A program made the translations under genes and the position numbers. The notes beneath the pieces were generated by a model that did no database searches, was not told the origin of the DNA, and worked only from the letters and a program-made list of their open reading frames with translations. DNA of 63,824 nucleotides, counting the filler, from Choristocarpus tenellus KU-1152 (lineage: Eukaryota > Protista > Phaeophyceae): the NCBI GenBank assembly GCA_964200185.2. It is 15 parts of 15 records of this genome, joined end to end, with 100 filler letters (N's around TTAATTAATTAA, not from the genome) between each part and the next. Parts side by side here need not be neighbours in the genome. Positions count along the whole stretch, not along the records: positions 18,980 to 28,062 come from CAXNAD020004004.1; positions 28,163 to 31,040 come from CAXNAD020023983.1; positions 31,141 to 34,015 come from CAXNAD020024011.1; positions 34,116 to 37,207 come from CAXNAD020022373.1; positions 37,308 to 41,659 come from CAXNAD020014966.1; 10 more parts are not named here. One strand, given 5' to 3'. Positions 27,536 to 39,502 of this stretch are shown piece by piece. Each line of letters starts with the position of its first letter. The stretch's first letter is position 1.

Positions 27536-27789
27536 GAGTCACAGTATCTTAGTAGAGTCGCATCCATTTGGGGGTCAAAATCCAATGTTGCAATTTCGAT
27601 GTAATTTTGGCTATCATGTTTGTTAGGAACTGTCATTATCCTTGTTCCAGACACAGCTTTTCATAACATACACATTTTACCTAACCGAAACATTTTGGAG
27701 TAGGTAAAATGTCATTAAAAGCCCGTGGGAAGCCAAGCCCCAAAAGAACAAACAGGGCAAAACTCGTACCCTCTAAGATACTTTCACTC
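27536..27789 (-). mobile_element. Family-A MITE with 4-bp TSD GTAA
   Basis: GTAA|GAGTCACAGTATCTTAG...CCCTCTAAGATACTTTCACTC|GTAA. Confidence 0.92.
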
Positions 27790-27829
27790 GTAAGTGGTTT
27801 GGAGTTGAGCGGGGTTGAAGGGTGGGGTA

Positions 27830-28012
27830 GTGACTGGGAACCAGTGGCAAAGAGGTTGCACTGGTTGGTCATCGGATGTGAGGGGTGACTGGAAATCAGT
27901 GTTGAAGGGAGTTCACACTGGTTGGTCATCAGAGGTGGGCGGTGACTGGAAATCAATGGCAAAAAGCATTCGCATTGGTTGGTCATCGCATGGGGGTGGG
28001 TGACTGGAAATG
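27830..28012. repeat. ~56-bp minisatellite, ~3.3 units
   Basis: GTGACTGG(A/G)AA...CA(C/T)TGGTTGGTCATC recurs with a period of about 56. Confidence 0.85.
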
Positions 28013-28836
28013 ACCTAAAGTATCTGGGGGGAGGGGGGGGTCTACACCAGATTGTCCATTTGNNNNNNNNNNNNNNNNNNNNNNNNNNNNNNNNNNNNNN
28101 NNNNNNTTAATTAATTAANNNNNNNNNNNNNNNNNNNNNNNNNNNNNNNNNNNNNNNNNNNNGAACAAAACCCCCCAAAAAAATGAAAGCCAAAAAAAGG
28201 GGTAAAAACCGACCCCCACCACCCCCCCCCCCCCCCAAGATACTTTGACCCATATATTTTAAAAAATCAAACCTATAGACAAGGACTCCTATTAGAATTA
28301 GAAATAGCAGTATTTGTTTGTGTACTGTAGGTGCAATCCGTTTCACTGTGGTAGACCTTTCGGTACAGTACGATGGTTTTTCCAAGATTATTTTTACTGT
28401 ACCAGAGTGTGAAATCTAATACTGTAACTAGCCTTGAAACTCTTTCCCTGCGGAATTCAAAAAAGGTGGAAGCGATCTCGATCTTCTAGGTGGGAAGAGC
28501 AGGGCAGAAGTTAGTTTAGCCGAAGCATATGTAAATTCACGTATGTATTCACATATATGCAGATAGAAGGGTGAAGTTGAAACTCTCAAAAAATCTCCTG
28601 GGCCCTATGTCCCCTTACATTGGCTAAATTACAGGAGTGTTTCGAAAGACCAACCCTACCACTCACTATGTGACACCACCGATCACATCAAACCAAACAT
28701 TTGATGCAACCCATCACAGAGACAACTCCATACTGTACTCTGTACGTAGGTTTCACTATCTTGCTGATCTGTACCTCTTCCCAAAACCCCATCGTTTGGA
28801 CATGGTTAAACTTGTGTGCGTATGATGAAAGAATAG

Positions 28837-30582
28837 ATGATCTTGTCAGCTTCGAGCCCGGATGATGAAGCTCTCGTCCTTGGCGCCAAGTATTTTGGCT
28901 TTGAGTTTGTCAACAGGGTTGATCATACCGCCATCGTGAAGACATGGCCAGTGGAGGACCCACAGTCTCCAACAATGGAGGAGGAGAGCCCTCAACAAGT
29001 TCATAACGAGTTTGAGGTGTGCTGAGATAAATCAATGAGAAATCCACTTCTTACCTCTACCCCTTGCTTGTCGTTGGGCATCAAACTTAGGTTTAGGGTT
29101 AAAGGACATACATCCTGTATGAAGGTTGAAGGCGGCCTTGCTTACCTACACGCTTGATGAGAAAGTCCATCTGGCTTGATCTTTCCTTGTGTCACAGGCT
29201 AGGTGGAGGGACATACAACCTATGACTCTCTCTTCGGTCTGTTTGTTTTAGACAGGCTTGGGTTAACAGTGGTGTACAGGTGCTAGGCTTTGATTCCCTT
29301 TCAGTGTCTCTCTATTATCTCCTCCCCAAGCTTGATCTTTCTTCATTTTGTTTTTTTTGTGCTAGTAAGTTCACGTTCACAAGACATGATTCCCCCCTAA
29401 CCCTGGCATTGAAAAATCGCCAACGAGATGGAAGACACTTTGTCGAAAATATGTAGGTTAAGTACTAGACTTGGGGTTGTATCCTCACCAAAAAATAGCA
29501 CAGACTTTTCGATTGCCAACTCTCTGATATCTTCCTCGTTGTCTGACATTGTGTCGTGTAGCATAAACAATGGGAAAATGAGAGGTGTAGTCTCTTCTTT
29601 TTGTGTAAGAGTTAGGGTTAGGGGAATAGCACGAAGATCATTGCCAAGTGGTTGCTGTACACCTATCATGCAATCAACTCATTGCTCTCCCTGCCCCTGC
29701 TCCCACTATTGTGTGCACGTCTCCTGTACATGCAGGTCTTGCACATCCTGGGCTTCTCAAGTGCACGGAAACGCATGAGTGTGATCGTCTGTACACCTGA
29801 GGGAAAGACAAAGATCATTTGTAAGGGTGAGCTGTAGAGATGGTTGTTGCTTGTACCCCCAAACCAATAATACAATCTCTTACTACTGGTACTTGTCAAC
29901 ATTTCCCATATCTCACATCATAACCGTGGTTGCCAGATGACCTTGCACAGCAACCCTAACTTTGTGTGAGTGTCCATGGTCTCTCATCCTCGATTTTCCC
30001 ACCCCTCGTCTTGATGTTCACTTTTATGTGTCATGCAATATAATCCCAGGAGCAGACACAATGATGATCTCCCGCCTGAGAACTGACTACCCTGGCGCTG
30101 ATGAGGTATGATTCTGCAGGATATTGCTTCATGTGTGAGGTTGCACCATCCCTTTTATTATGGTAGGGTTAAGGATACTATGTATGTGTCCGAAACTGGT
30201 ATCTATCCACCTGCAGAGGGATGGTTCAATAAATGATTTGCATGAGTAAGCTTGATAGAAATGAAGAAATTTTGAACTACTGTTGATAACCCAAATGCTA
30301 TTGCAAATCTACACACTGAAGCAGTACTTTGCAGCACCTCTCCAGTTCAGAAAAGTTTCAGAGCCTTTAGCAGAAACTTATTGCTTTGCAAATTTGAAAT
30401 GAGGTGAAACATACCAAACAAGACATCCAATTAAGGCCATGGCGATGGAGAAGATACATTTGTCATCGACAGATATGCAAGACCTGTCATGATCCTCCGA
30501 CATTTTCGTCCAACTAAGTCCTATGCTGCACACACCCACACAAAACTAAAGACACTTGACATATCACAGGAGCAACATGCGC

Positions 30583-30631
<49 letters not shown>

Positions 30632-30767
30632 CCATACCTCATAGCTCATTGCAGCAACTGTTGAGCATATGAATACCTACGCCAGGGAGGGTTTGAGGAC
30701 CTTGGTTGTGGCACAGGCTGAGCTGGACCCGCAGGCATTTGAAGAATGGGCAGAAGAGTATGAGGAG
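28837..30767 (+). CDS. P4-type ATPase (phospholipid flippase), N-domain fragment; exons 28837-29016, 29736-29826, 30050-30105, 30645-30767
   Basis: ASSPDDEALVLGA, FSSARKRMSVIV, ICKGADT and YAREGLRTLVVA are diagnostic P4-ATPase motifs; junctions are phase-consistent. Confidence 0.93.
30585..30627. repeat. (CA)n microsatellite
   Basis: Directly visible, just upstream of a splice acceptor. Confidence 0.97.
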
Positions 30768-31664
30768 GTACAGCACACTGAGAAAGACAATGAAACGTAT
30801 TCTCCAAACATCAACAACCCTCTACGTAGAATGTTCACAACATAATAAGAGACATTCAATGTAAGAGATATTCAATGTGTCGAGTGAGAAAGGTGCACAG
30901 TTGGCTGGGTGTGGAATCTGGACCGTTTTGGTGGTGAAAAAAAGGTTCCCATTTTCAAAGCATTTCCTGACTCTTAAGTATCTGGGGGGGGGGGTGGCGG
31001 CTGTCCAGTTGGGGTCAATTTTTTTCGGTCGCGATTTTTGNNNNNNNNNNNNNNNNNNNNNNNNNNNNNNNNNNNNNNNNNNNNTTAATTAATTAANNNN
31101 NNNNNNNNNNNNNNNNNNNNNNNNNNNNNNNNNNNNNNNNAGGAAGCACCCCACCATGACACAACTGGTGATTCTAAACACCCCCCACGACTGATTGGAC
31201 CCTGCCTAACATAAGTATCATTATTTTATGACAGATCCCATTAGTCTGAGATGGAAGAAAGTCCTTAATAATATATTTGAAGACTCATCATCACAAGATG
31301 AATATCATCATTCGTTAAACAAGAACAACAGAACAAGAGAATATGTTTTTGGCTTTCCAATTAATTCAACACAGTCAAATCACTTGATTATATATGTCCA
31401 ACCACGTCTTTAACTCCTTGCCAACCTCAGCACTATGTCCACAAATCTATTTTTCTTGTCGCTTGACTATTTTCTGTACACAATCCAAAACATTGACTTC
31501 GCCCATTCACTCATAAACAGGGGTATAGTCACACATCTCTATCTCGTTTTAGTCATATCCCCACACAAATATTTTCTTCAATCACAAGCTTACCCTCAAC
31601 TTTCTTCACGTTGCGTCTAGTTGCATCGGTCCTGTCCTCTATTTCAAAAAGGGATAAGAATACA

Positions 31665-33761
31665 ATGAAGATCTGTACAAGTCTTATTGGTGTCGGACTT
31701 TGCGCAGCATTCGTCGCAGCCAAGGAGAGTCGTCATGCGGACGTCAAACGCCTACTTGCTGCTGATGGTATGCCATGGACATACAGTGGAACCGCTAAGA
31801 ATGGCTCTGAGCCCTTGCAACCAATGTGAGCACTGGCCGCAGAGGCCACTTCATGTCATCTTTTTATCCTACCCGATATGTACCTACATCACAAAATATG
31901 CCTCGTGAGCCTTTAGATTGTGGTATGTCTGCCTTGGCAGGAGTCAAGAGAACCTACCCCCAGTCTAGCGAGAGGGCTTTAAAATCTCTCATGATAGCAT
32001 GGGTTTCAAATGGTCACTTATCCTGATGCCTCTAGATACCAATTTTCCGATTCATTACAGCACCCATCAAGATTTATGATGACATAATTCCTGAACGGGC
32101 AGGGACTGGCATCTAGCATATGAAGCCTGTGCTGGTGACAGGCAGAGTCCGATCAACCTGGCGGCCGCGTATGTGACTCATGTCGACGTGAGTGCATATG
32201 GAAAATTGTACATGTAGACACACAGCATCAGCAATGAAAAGATTTCCCTTGATAAAGCGGGCGGCTTCGAGCGAAAGTTGACCCCGAGATATTATGCCTG
32301 CAAGCAACTCTACTTTGAACTAAACATGTTGTACTTTCGCCTTATCACCCTCCCTCAACACCTCGATTTTTCGGTGACGACCTGAACAACCGGTGGACAC
32401 ACTTTTGGTCATCATACCCAGTCGGGTATGTTCGGCCTGAAATTCTCACCCAAAAGCTGCCCTTCGATTTTAGAAGGATTCCACCAAACTGATCACAACT
32501 GGAAGGTAAGGAGTTCGAGAAACGATAAACCACCAAAATTCACTGATCAAGGTCGAATTCTGATACCTAGACCCTTCATACCGTTCGTATTCTGTACGAT
32601 TATTGTGGATGGCAACTCCACCATTATTTTGAGGGAATTCGGTTGCATTGCAGCAGCAATCATGCCTAATACTTGCACCGTCTCTGATACCCCAAAGGTC
32701 GACTTCTCGCAGTGCTTGGAGGACGAAAGCTACACATCCATGTTGGAGTTTGGTGGAAATACCTATGAGCTCATCCAGATGCATGTCCACTCGCCATCAG
32801 AACACACGGTATCAATTGCTCCATGAAAAACGTTTTCTATCGTAGTATAATATGAATCTTACGGTATTTCAGTGTTGCAATACGAAACCCACCTATTCTC
32901 TCAGCAAGCCATACACAAGGCATGTTACCCACAATGACGTGCAGTCAATAGAAACGATTTCCCTGTAGTATTGCATGCGGGACCTGGAAACTATCCACCT
33001 TGCACCCTAAACTGATTTTGGACGAAACCCAGAGCAAGTGAAATGAGTCTCTTCGCAGGATTGTAAGAAGGACGGCAAGGGATAAGGTTTTATTTAGCTT
33101 CCTGCACCCACGTTGGATCAGTTCACAGCAGCAACAGTCTTCTGATCGACACTTTCTCCTGCATGTTGTCCCAATGTGTTGCTAGCATAGTATGGAGGGG
33201 GAGAAGAGGAAGGAGAGTTGCACTTTATACATGTAAACACAGACGGCTCAGGGAACCTCCTGGTCGTTGGTGTCATGACGACTGCCTCCCCCGACTTCAT
33301 AAACTTAGAGGTACCAGTATAGAAGATTTGTTTTGTGTCTACGTACGTGAACTTAAGCAGCAAGAACATTTGATGGACTTAATACTTGAAAACCCCTTTG
33401 TTGCCAAAGACGTGTGTCACAATGGCTGTCTATGGTAATATTTACCTACTATAAAACCAAAGTTACAGGTATTTGATCTGTGTAGATGAATGAGTGGATA
33501 TTTTTGATTAGGTCTCCACCATTTCTCTGTGTTCGTATGGAAAGACCTTAGGATACAGCCAACAACTGTTTCCTCCCCGCCCTCTCCTTCCCTTGCTCAT
33601 TGTTGGTAATTTGGTTCCGGTGGTAATAGCTTGAACGCTATTGGTCACATATCGAAGGTACATCAGATGAAAACGTTTTGTGTTCCCCCTATGATCTGCT
33701 GCCTGGGAAAATGGGCTACTTTACCTACGAAGGCAGTCTGACAACACCCCCCTGCTCAGAG
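31665..33761 (+). CDS. Alpha-carbonic anhydrase with N-terminal signal peptide (3' end off contig)
   Basis: Exons give MKICTSLIGVGLCAAFVAA, WTYSG, CAGDRQSPINL, YELIQMHVHSPSEHT, GELHFIH and YFTYEGSLTTPPCSE; all three Zn-ligand His are present. One internal exon (~32200-32510) is unresolved. Confidence 0.92.
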
Positions 33762-34443
33762 GTGAGAGTTTTACAAATTAGATTGTGGAGCCCTGCCTGC
33801 AAACCTCAGTGTGCAAACCCCCCTCAGGTTAACACACCCACTTTCATGTCTCTTTGTCAATTCCCTCCTGAGTATTGCGATCTTTGTATCCCCTTCCTTA
33901 TTCTCTTCCCTCTTATAAAGTTTATGGCGCCTTTTATTCCTGTTTATAGCTCAAGTGAATAAACGAGAGCAACATTATCTGCTTGCATTTGACCCAAAGT
34001 ATCTGGGAGGGGGGGNNNNNNNNNNNNNNNNNNNNNNNNNNNNNNNNNNNNNNNNNNNNTTAATTAATTAANNNNNNNNNNNNNNNNNNNNNNNNNNNNN
34101 NNNNNNNNNNNNNNNGTGCTACTGCCTACTATATTTTCCTCTCTCCAAGAATGAAAAATGGCACATTTGTACATCTGATGCGTGTTACAATCAAGGTTAA
34201 TCCTTATGTAGTGTTTTATTGGCAATTGATTGTACTAGGGCGACAAGTTGAAGATTGAAGACTGAAGATTCACCCCTACTTTACTTCTAGGAGTACAACT
34301 TATAGTTCATGTAAATAATATATATTGAACTGGGGCGATGATCGAGGAAGGCGATAACGGTATATGAGACAGCCAAGGAAGAGGGACGAATGACGATGGA
34401 GGACACAGGGCCGCTGTAAGACTAGACGGACAGGTTTCACAGG

Positions 34444-34917
34444 ATGGTGAAGGTACCTCTCCCCAACCGGGATGAGGAGGAGACAGGAGAGTCGGCAACA
34501 GGAGGTATCACTGGGACCCGACGGGCAGCCTTTCCCACCGGTGACCCCAACCCACACCCACCTCAGCAATCACACCACCTCACACCAGAACCTTGCCCTA
34601 TGTGCATCTCCCAGATACAATTGCCACTATTCCCCGTCACCTGTCCACACCGCCTCCACCTGGGCTGTGCCTTGGCCCTTTACCTCTGCACCCGCCGCCA
34701 ACACCCCATCCCTTGCCCCACCTGCCGCGCCCCAGCAACCCTGGAACGCTATTGTGCTGCCATGGAGAGAGTGTGGGAGCCAAAGCCGTGCTTGAATCCA
34801 TCTGCACACAATCGTCCTCTACCCCTTTCGCCACCCCACCTTTTCGCCCAGTCTTCATTCCACGCCCTCACCCTCCAGACTCTTCCCCTTCATTCCCCCC
34901 CCGCCCAACCTGTTTAG
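34444..34917 (+). CDS. Intronless ORF with a RING-H2 finger in C-rich, probably TE-derived decayed sequence
   Basis: C-x2-C-x12-C-x-H-x2-H-x2-C-x15-C-x2-C at 34594-34725; downstream frames are broken. Confidence 0.55.
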   Translation: MVKVPLPNRDEEETGESATGGITGTRRAAFPTGDPNPHPPQQSHHLTPEPCPMCISQIQLPLFPVTCPHRLHLGCALALYLCTRRQHPIPCPTCRAPATLERYCAAMERVWEPKPCLNPSAHNRPLPLSPPHLFAQSSFHALTLQTLPLHSPPAQPV

Positions 34918-35721
34918 AGCCGCTCTCCCTAGACCGTTGGGGCACCCTCCCTTGAGGTTGCTTGCTTCATCCCACCTGCAAGGTCAGCCTCTGTGAATAC
35001 GCAAACCACCCTTTCACATGCCCCTGCTGCGGAACACACTCGCCCATTCCCACCCTTTTCAACCACACCTACACCACCCTCACCAGCCAAAGACCCCACC
35101 CCCTCCCTAGTGTGCTTATAGTCCATTAAAATAATGCCACCTCAGCCCATATCCACCTTTTCTCTTCACACAACATTCCAGGCCAGAAATTATACCCCAC
35201 CCACCTCACTCCACAGGCCAGGGCACCCCTTCCCCACACAGCCCCCAACCCACCCTCAACATCCCTGACCCAGATTTGGAGCCAGACCTGGGCCCATTGT
35301 CTGAATCGCCAGTCCCGGAACTCTGGCCCCCTCACCACCACCCCAACTCCCGTGCCACATACAACACAACACCCGTCTGGATCACCCAGAACAGTGGGGC
35401 TCCCAGAGCATCCTGGCTTAATGCCCCGTCATTTTTTGATGCCATCGACTTCCCACCCAATGCCTTCCTTTCTTTCCGACGCCCACAAGGAGGGGGGACC
35501 ATGTGTTCGTGCTCAGCCAAGCCCTCTCGGGGGTGTGGGGGAACAATACAGGTTTTGGCCGAGTTCGCTCCTGCTGGGAGTTCACCCCTGAAGATGCGGC
35601 ATACATATCCCCCAACGATCAAGATTATCTCCTGGACACACACCTGCTCGGAGTGGCTGAAATTGGCGAGTGGGCAGTCCATACCCGTAATGCCTACCTT
35701 ACTGGCAACCCCCTTCCACCT

Positions 35722-36083
35722 TGTTAAAGAAACGGATGTTCCCAAGACTTGTGGATGTAAATAACTCGATTAATTCCTTGTCTAGAACAAGTTGTATATG
35801 AAGCAAGGAAGGTGAAAGGAGGAGTGAAGATCCAACCCCTCAAAAAGGGTTTTTTGTCACGTTATCATTCATATTCTAATAACTCGTCATTCTGTGTTAC
35901 TTGCTACAACCTTCCTTTTCTAGGATTCTTCTTGTTGTACTATAATAACAATGATAATATTCTCATGGCCACTCATTAGAAACATTGCTATCAATTATCT
36001 CATTATTGAACAATAGTCCAACAACTGATTGTTCGTCCTACAGAATCTTCTTTTAGACATGATTAAAAAGCATGTTCTTAACA
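35722..36083 (-). mobile_element. 3' LTR (362 bp) of a Ty1/Copia element
   Basis: On the minus strand the polypurine tract GAAAGAAGGGGAG precedes TGTTAAG...CTTTAACA (TG..CA ends, TGTTAA/TTAACA inverted termini). Confidence 0.8.
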
Positions 36084-36166
36084 CACTCCCCTTCTTTCAA
36101 CTTCAAGTGAAAAATAACACCATGAAACATTCTTGGACATAGCTTGACACAGAAATCAATCACACT

Positions 36167-36920
36167 TTATTCTACCCTTGATAGCACTGGAATGCCGATT
36201 GAAAGATTCCTTAGAAACCCCTTAGGAAAAAGATCAGCATGTTGGAACTTCGTTGACAAATATCCAATTGCTATATTTCCTTCTCTCTCCAACCGGCTTA
36301 CGTAATGGTACCTAATATCTATGTGCTTGGTTCTACCAACAGATACTGCCTTCTGAGCAATATTAATTGCGTCATCATTATCCTCAAACACTGACACCGA
36401 GTAATCCTTACAACGTGGTTGTATAAACATGTGCACCTGCTTGAGGAAAATAACCTCTTTCCCCAACTCACACAGTGTAACATACTCAGCCTCAGCAGTA
36501 GAGAGTGTAACCGTTTTCTGCTTCCTGGACCACTAGTTAACACATCCTCTCCCAAACATCACAACACCACCAGAAATAGACGATCTACTGCCCTTGCAGT
36601 TCTGCATAATCAGCATCTGTATAGCCAATTGACTGATCCCTTGGTCCATTGCCAAACAAGCCAAAATCACCAAAGGTAATTCCATGCTCTTTAGTACCCA
36701 ACAGGCACCCAATCACTCTCTTTGCATTCCACCAATCATATCAACTTGGATTCTCCACAATAGATGCCAATTCTCTAACTGCAAAAGATACATCATATCT
36801 AGTCATGATAGCAGCCCATTGTATACCACCAATCATAGATCTGTAGTAGTCCGGAACAGGCCCCTCTGTTACAGGCGATATGTCTTGATGGCGGTTTCAT
36901 AAACACCATTATGACATTGA
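36167..36920 (-). pseudogene. Copia RT/RNase H remnant
   Basis: VFEDNDDAINIAQ...RTKHIDIRYHYV...QHADLF; frameshifted. Confidence 0.9.
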
Positions 36921-37535
36921 AGTTCTAGATTTGATATATTTGTACTCCTTGATTATTTATTTATTATTTTCATTATCGTCCCCGATTGTGATAAGACATC
37001 GTGGATCAGTTCCTTTTTATATGATGATATTGATGTTAATTCAAGTGAGAGATCCAGCATACCTGACGACGTTTGCATCAGGAGCCCTATACGTACATCA
37101 GTATCATCTATAGGCCCGTAGATTGGAGCTATACATCCTGTGGAGGTAAGCTTTAAGGGGCGCCTATAACCTCCTGCTCCACCCTCTTTGTCCTTCCAGT
37201 CGTCATCNNNNNNNNNNNNNNNNNNNNNNNNNNNNNNNNNNNNNNNNNNNNTTAATTAATTAANNNNNNNNNNNNNNNNNNNNNNNNNNNNNNNNNNNNN
37301 NNNNNNNCTGTAACAGATGAAGTGAGGGCGAAACATGACTCGGTATAATTTCATTAACGTGTGAGTGTGAGAGAGGGTGTCAGGGTTTGGGCATAGAGTT
37401 AGGGTTGGGACAGGTGCTAGGGTTGGGATCGGAAACACAAACCGTAAGGAACATCGTTTGGTTTCGATACGTATCGGAACACAGATATTGGAGAACACGA
37501 ACTTCATCGATAGGTTTCGTTCTGCTCTTGATCAG

Positions 37536-37931
37536 AGGACGTGTGTGTCACCGATTTGGAACTACGGCGAAACTAGTGAATACCACGTCTCTCGGATTTC
37601 AATGCTAATGTGTGATTTCGGAAGGGTATGGTGAGCATATGCTTCGTTATGCCTTGTCTTCAAGCGCTAATCCCTCCTTCAGGTATTTGCAGAACGCACA
37701 GACTACATTGGAGTATGTCTCGCTGCGACGGAGGCACGGTCTTGCCTTTGGGATGTCGTGGGGTCTACCCCTCCGAAGTCCACGAGTTCATTCCCATTGT
37801 TAGCGAGATCCCTAGTGGCTGGCGGGTTGTCATCGTACGTCTGCGGTACGATGGATGTGGTCCCCTTGAAGAACTGCGACAACGATTCCTTTGTATTGTC
37901 CGGGCCTGTTGGTTGGTTGTCGACAGAGTGA
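37536..37931 (+). CDS. Possible last two exons (37536-37625, 37683-37931) of an unknown gene
   Basis: AG/GT sites are phase-compatible and open to a TGA at 37929; no recognisable motif. Confidence 0.3.
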
Positions 37932-38033
37932 GGGAGTGTAGGGTTTGTCACATATGTGGTTTGGCGAAAGTTTCTTTTGTAATGCACTATAATATAATAC
38001 TACAATACTATAAATATGTGAAAAAAAAGATGC

Positions 38034-38211
38034 GACCCAAAGTATCTCGGAGGGGGGGGGGTCTCCAGCATTGTGTCCATTTGGGTCAAAATCAGGAAAT
38101 GTGCATTTACAGTAACCATCCGACGTATGCAATCAAATCACCCAAGAATCGCGACATGAAAAAATTGACCCCAATTGGACAGCCGCCACCCCCTCACAGA
38201 TACTTTGAGCC
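38034..38211. mobile_element. 178-bp G-run MITE, family B, with 4-bp TSD ATGC
   Basis: ATGC|GACCCAAAGTATCT(G-run)...(C-run)AGATACTTTGAGCC|ATGC. Partial copies sit at many contig ends (6402, 9845, ~19010, 28012, 28200, 30970, 33991, 41760, 48490). Confidence 0.88.
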
Positions 38212-39502
38212 ATGCCAACTCAAAGTTTTGACCCTTTCGCACCAATGAAGAATTAGCGCATGGAGAGTTACATATATATATATATATGTGGAAGTGTCCA
38301 AGGTGCCAAGTTCTCTGCTCAAGGGGGCAATCACAATCACTGGACTGAAACTTCCTCACCTCAGAGGGTGGGACCGAATTTCAAAGGTCTTGGCTCAACA
38401 CCTCAGAACAGATGAGATCCAGAACAGAACAAAACCTACAAACACAACAAATGTTCCCGACTGACTGAGCAACGTCACAGTGAAGTTATGGATTAATCAG
38501 AATCGGAATGGTTCTTCGTTCTGATAGTCCATTTTGACTGTTTGGTCAAATCCGGATCTTATGGGTGTGATTGGTTTATTGGACTGGTCGGTATGGATGA
38601 GGTTAAATGACGTGGTTGCAGCGCGCAGTTGTATATGACTGCGCATCTTGTGCACAGTGTGTGTGTCGGAGATCCCAACAAAGGAACCTGTCCCTGACAT
38701 ATATATATATACCCCTTTATGTTTTTGTTCCATTTCAGCAGCACCGTATACATGCATAGAAGTTTCAAGACTTATGTGAAGAGTGAAAAATTTCGTTTAT
38801 CAAATATCCGTTTTTATTACCGAGAAAAAGGAACACCCCAACTGGCCTGTTCATAACCACAAAATGTATACTATTATATGATAGGGGTACAACATTCCAT
38901 AAAGGCGGTTCTTCTTCTATGGACTATTGTTTCGTTTGTTATACAACCGAAAAAAGAATAGCTTAAAAGGACCATATACCCTCTTGGTCAAAAGAGGATA
39001 GGTGTGTATCCCTTCAACGAGAATCGTGCTCGTGTGTGGCTATCCCTGTGCACCGTACGTTACGCTGAATACCGGGCATGTTGGAAGGTAAGAAGACATC
39101 ACGAATTTCACCTCAAGCAAGGTGATCAGGAGCGTACGGCTGGAGGATGATGTGAACCGACCGCGACATGTCATCCTCTCTGAGCCTGACTCGATGCGCA
39201 AAGTATTTCTCTTTCTCTCTTTCTGTTTGTTCCTCCTGTCCCGTTTCCAACGTGCCCACCCAACGCAGAAATCCCATGATCAACTGAGGGGCTTCGTACA
39301 ACCACCTAACACCGCAATGCCTCCAAAGGGAACCAGAGGGTGAGTCCCCATACAAGAAACGTTCGCCCTTCGTGTAGCCTACACAGGAGCGTCTCTGGAG
39401 GACCAATATCACAAACACACCGTCATGATTTAGCGCTTTTGGTGGGCGTTGCGGCTATCGTTCGTCAACGTAGCATGTATTAGCATGTGGCTGACATGAT
39501 AC

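Noticed and set aside
22555-33761. Apparent GDPD / flippase / carbonic anhydrase gene cluster
   Set aside because: The genes lie on different contigs joined artificially, so adjacency is meaningless.
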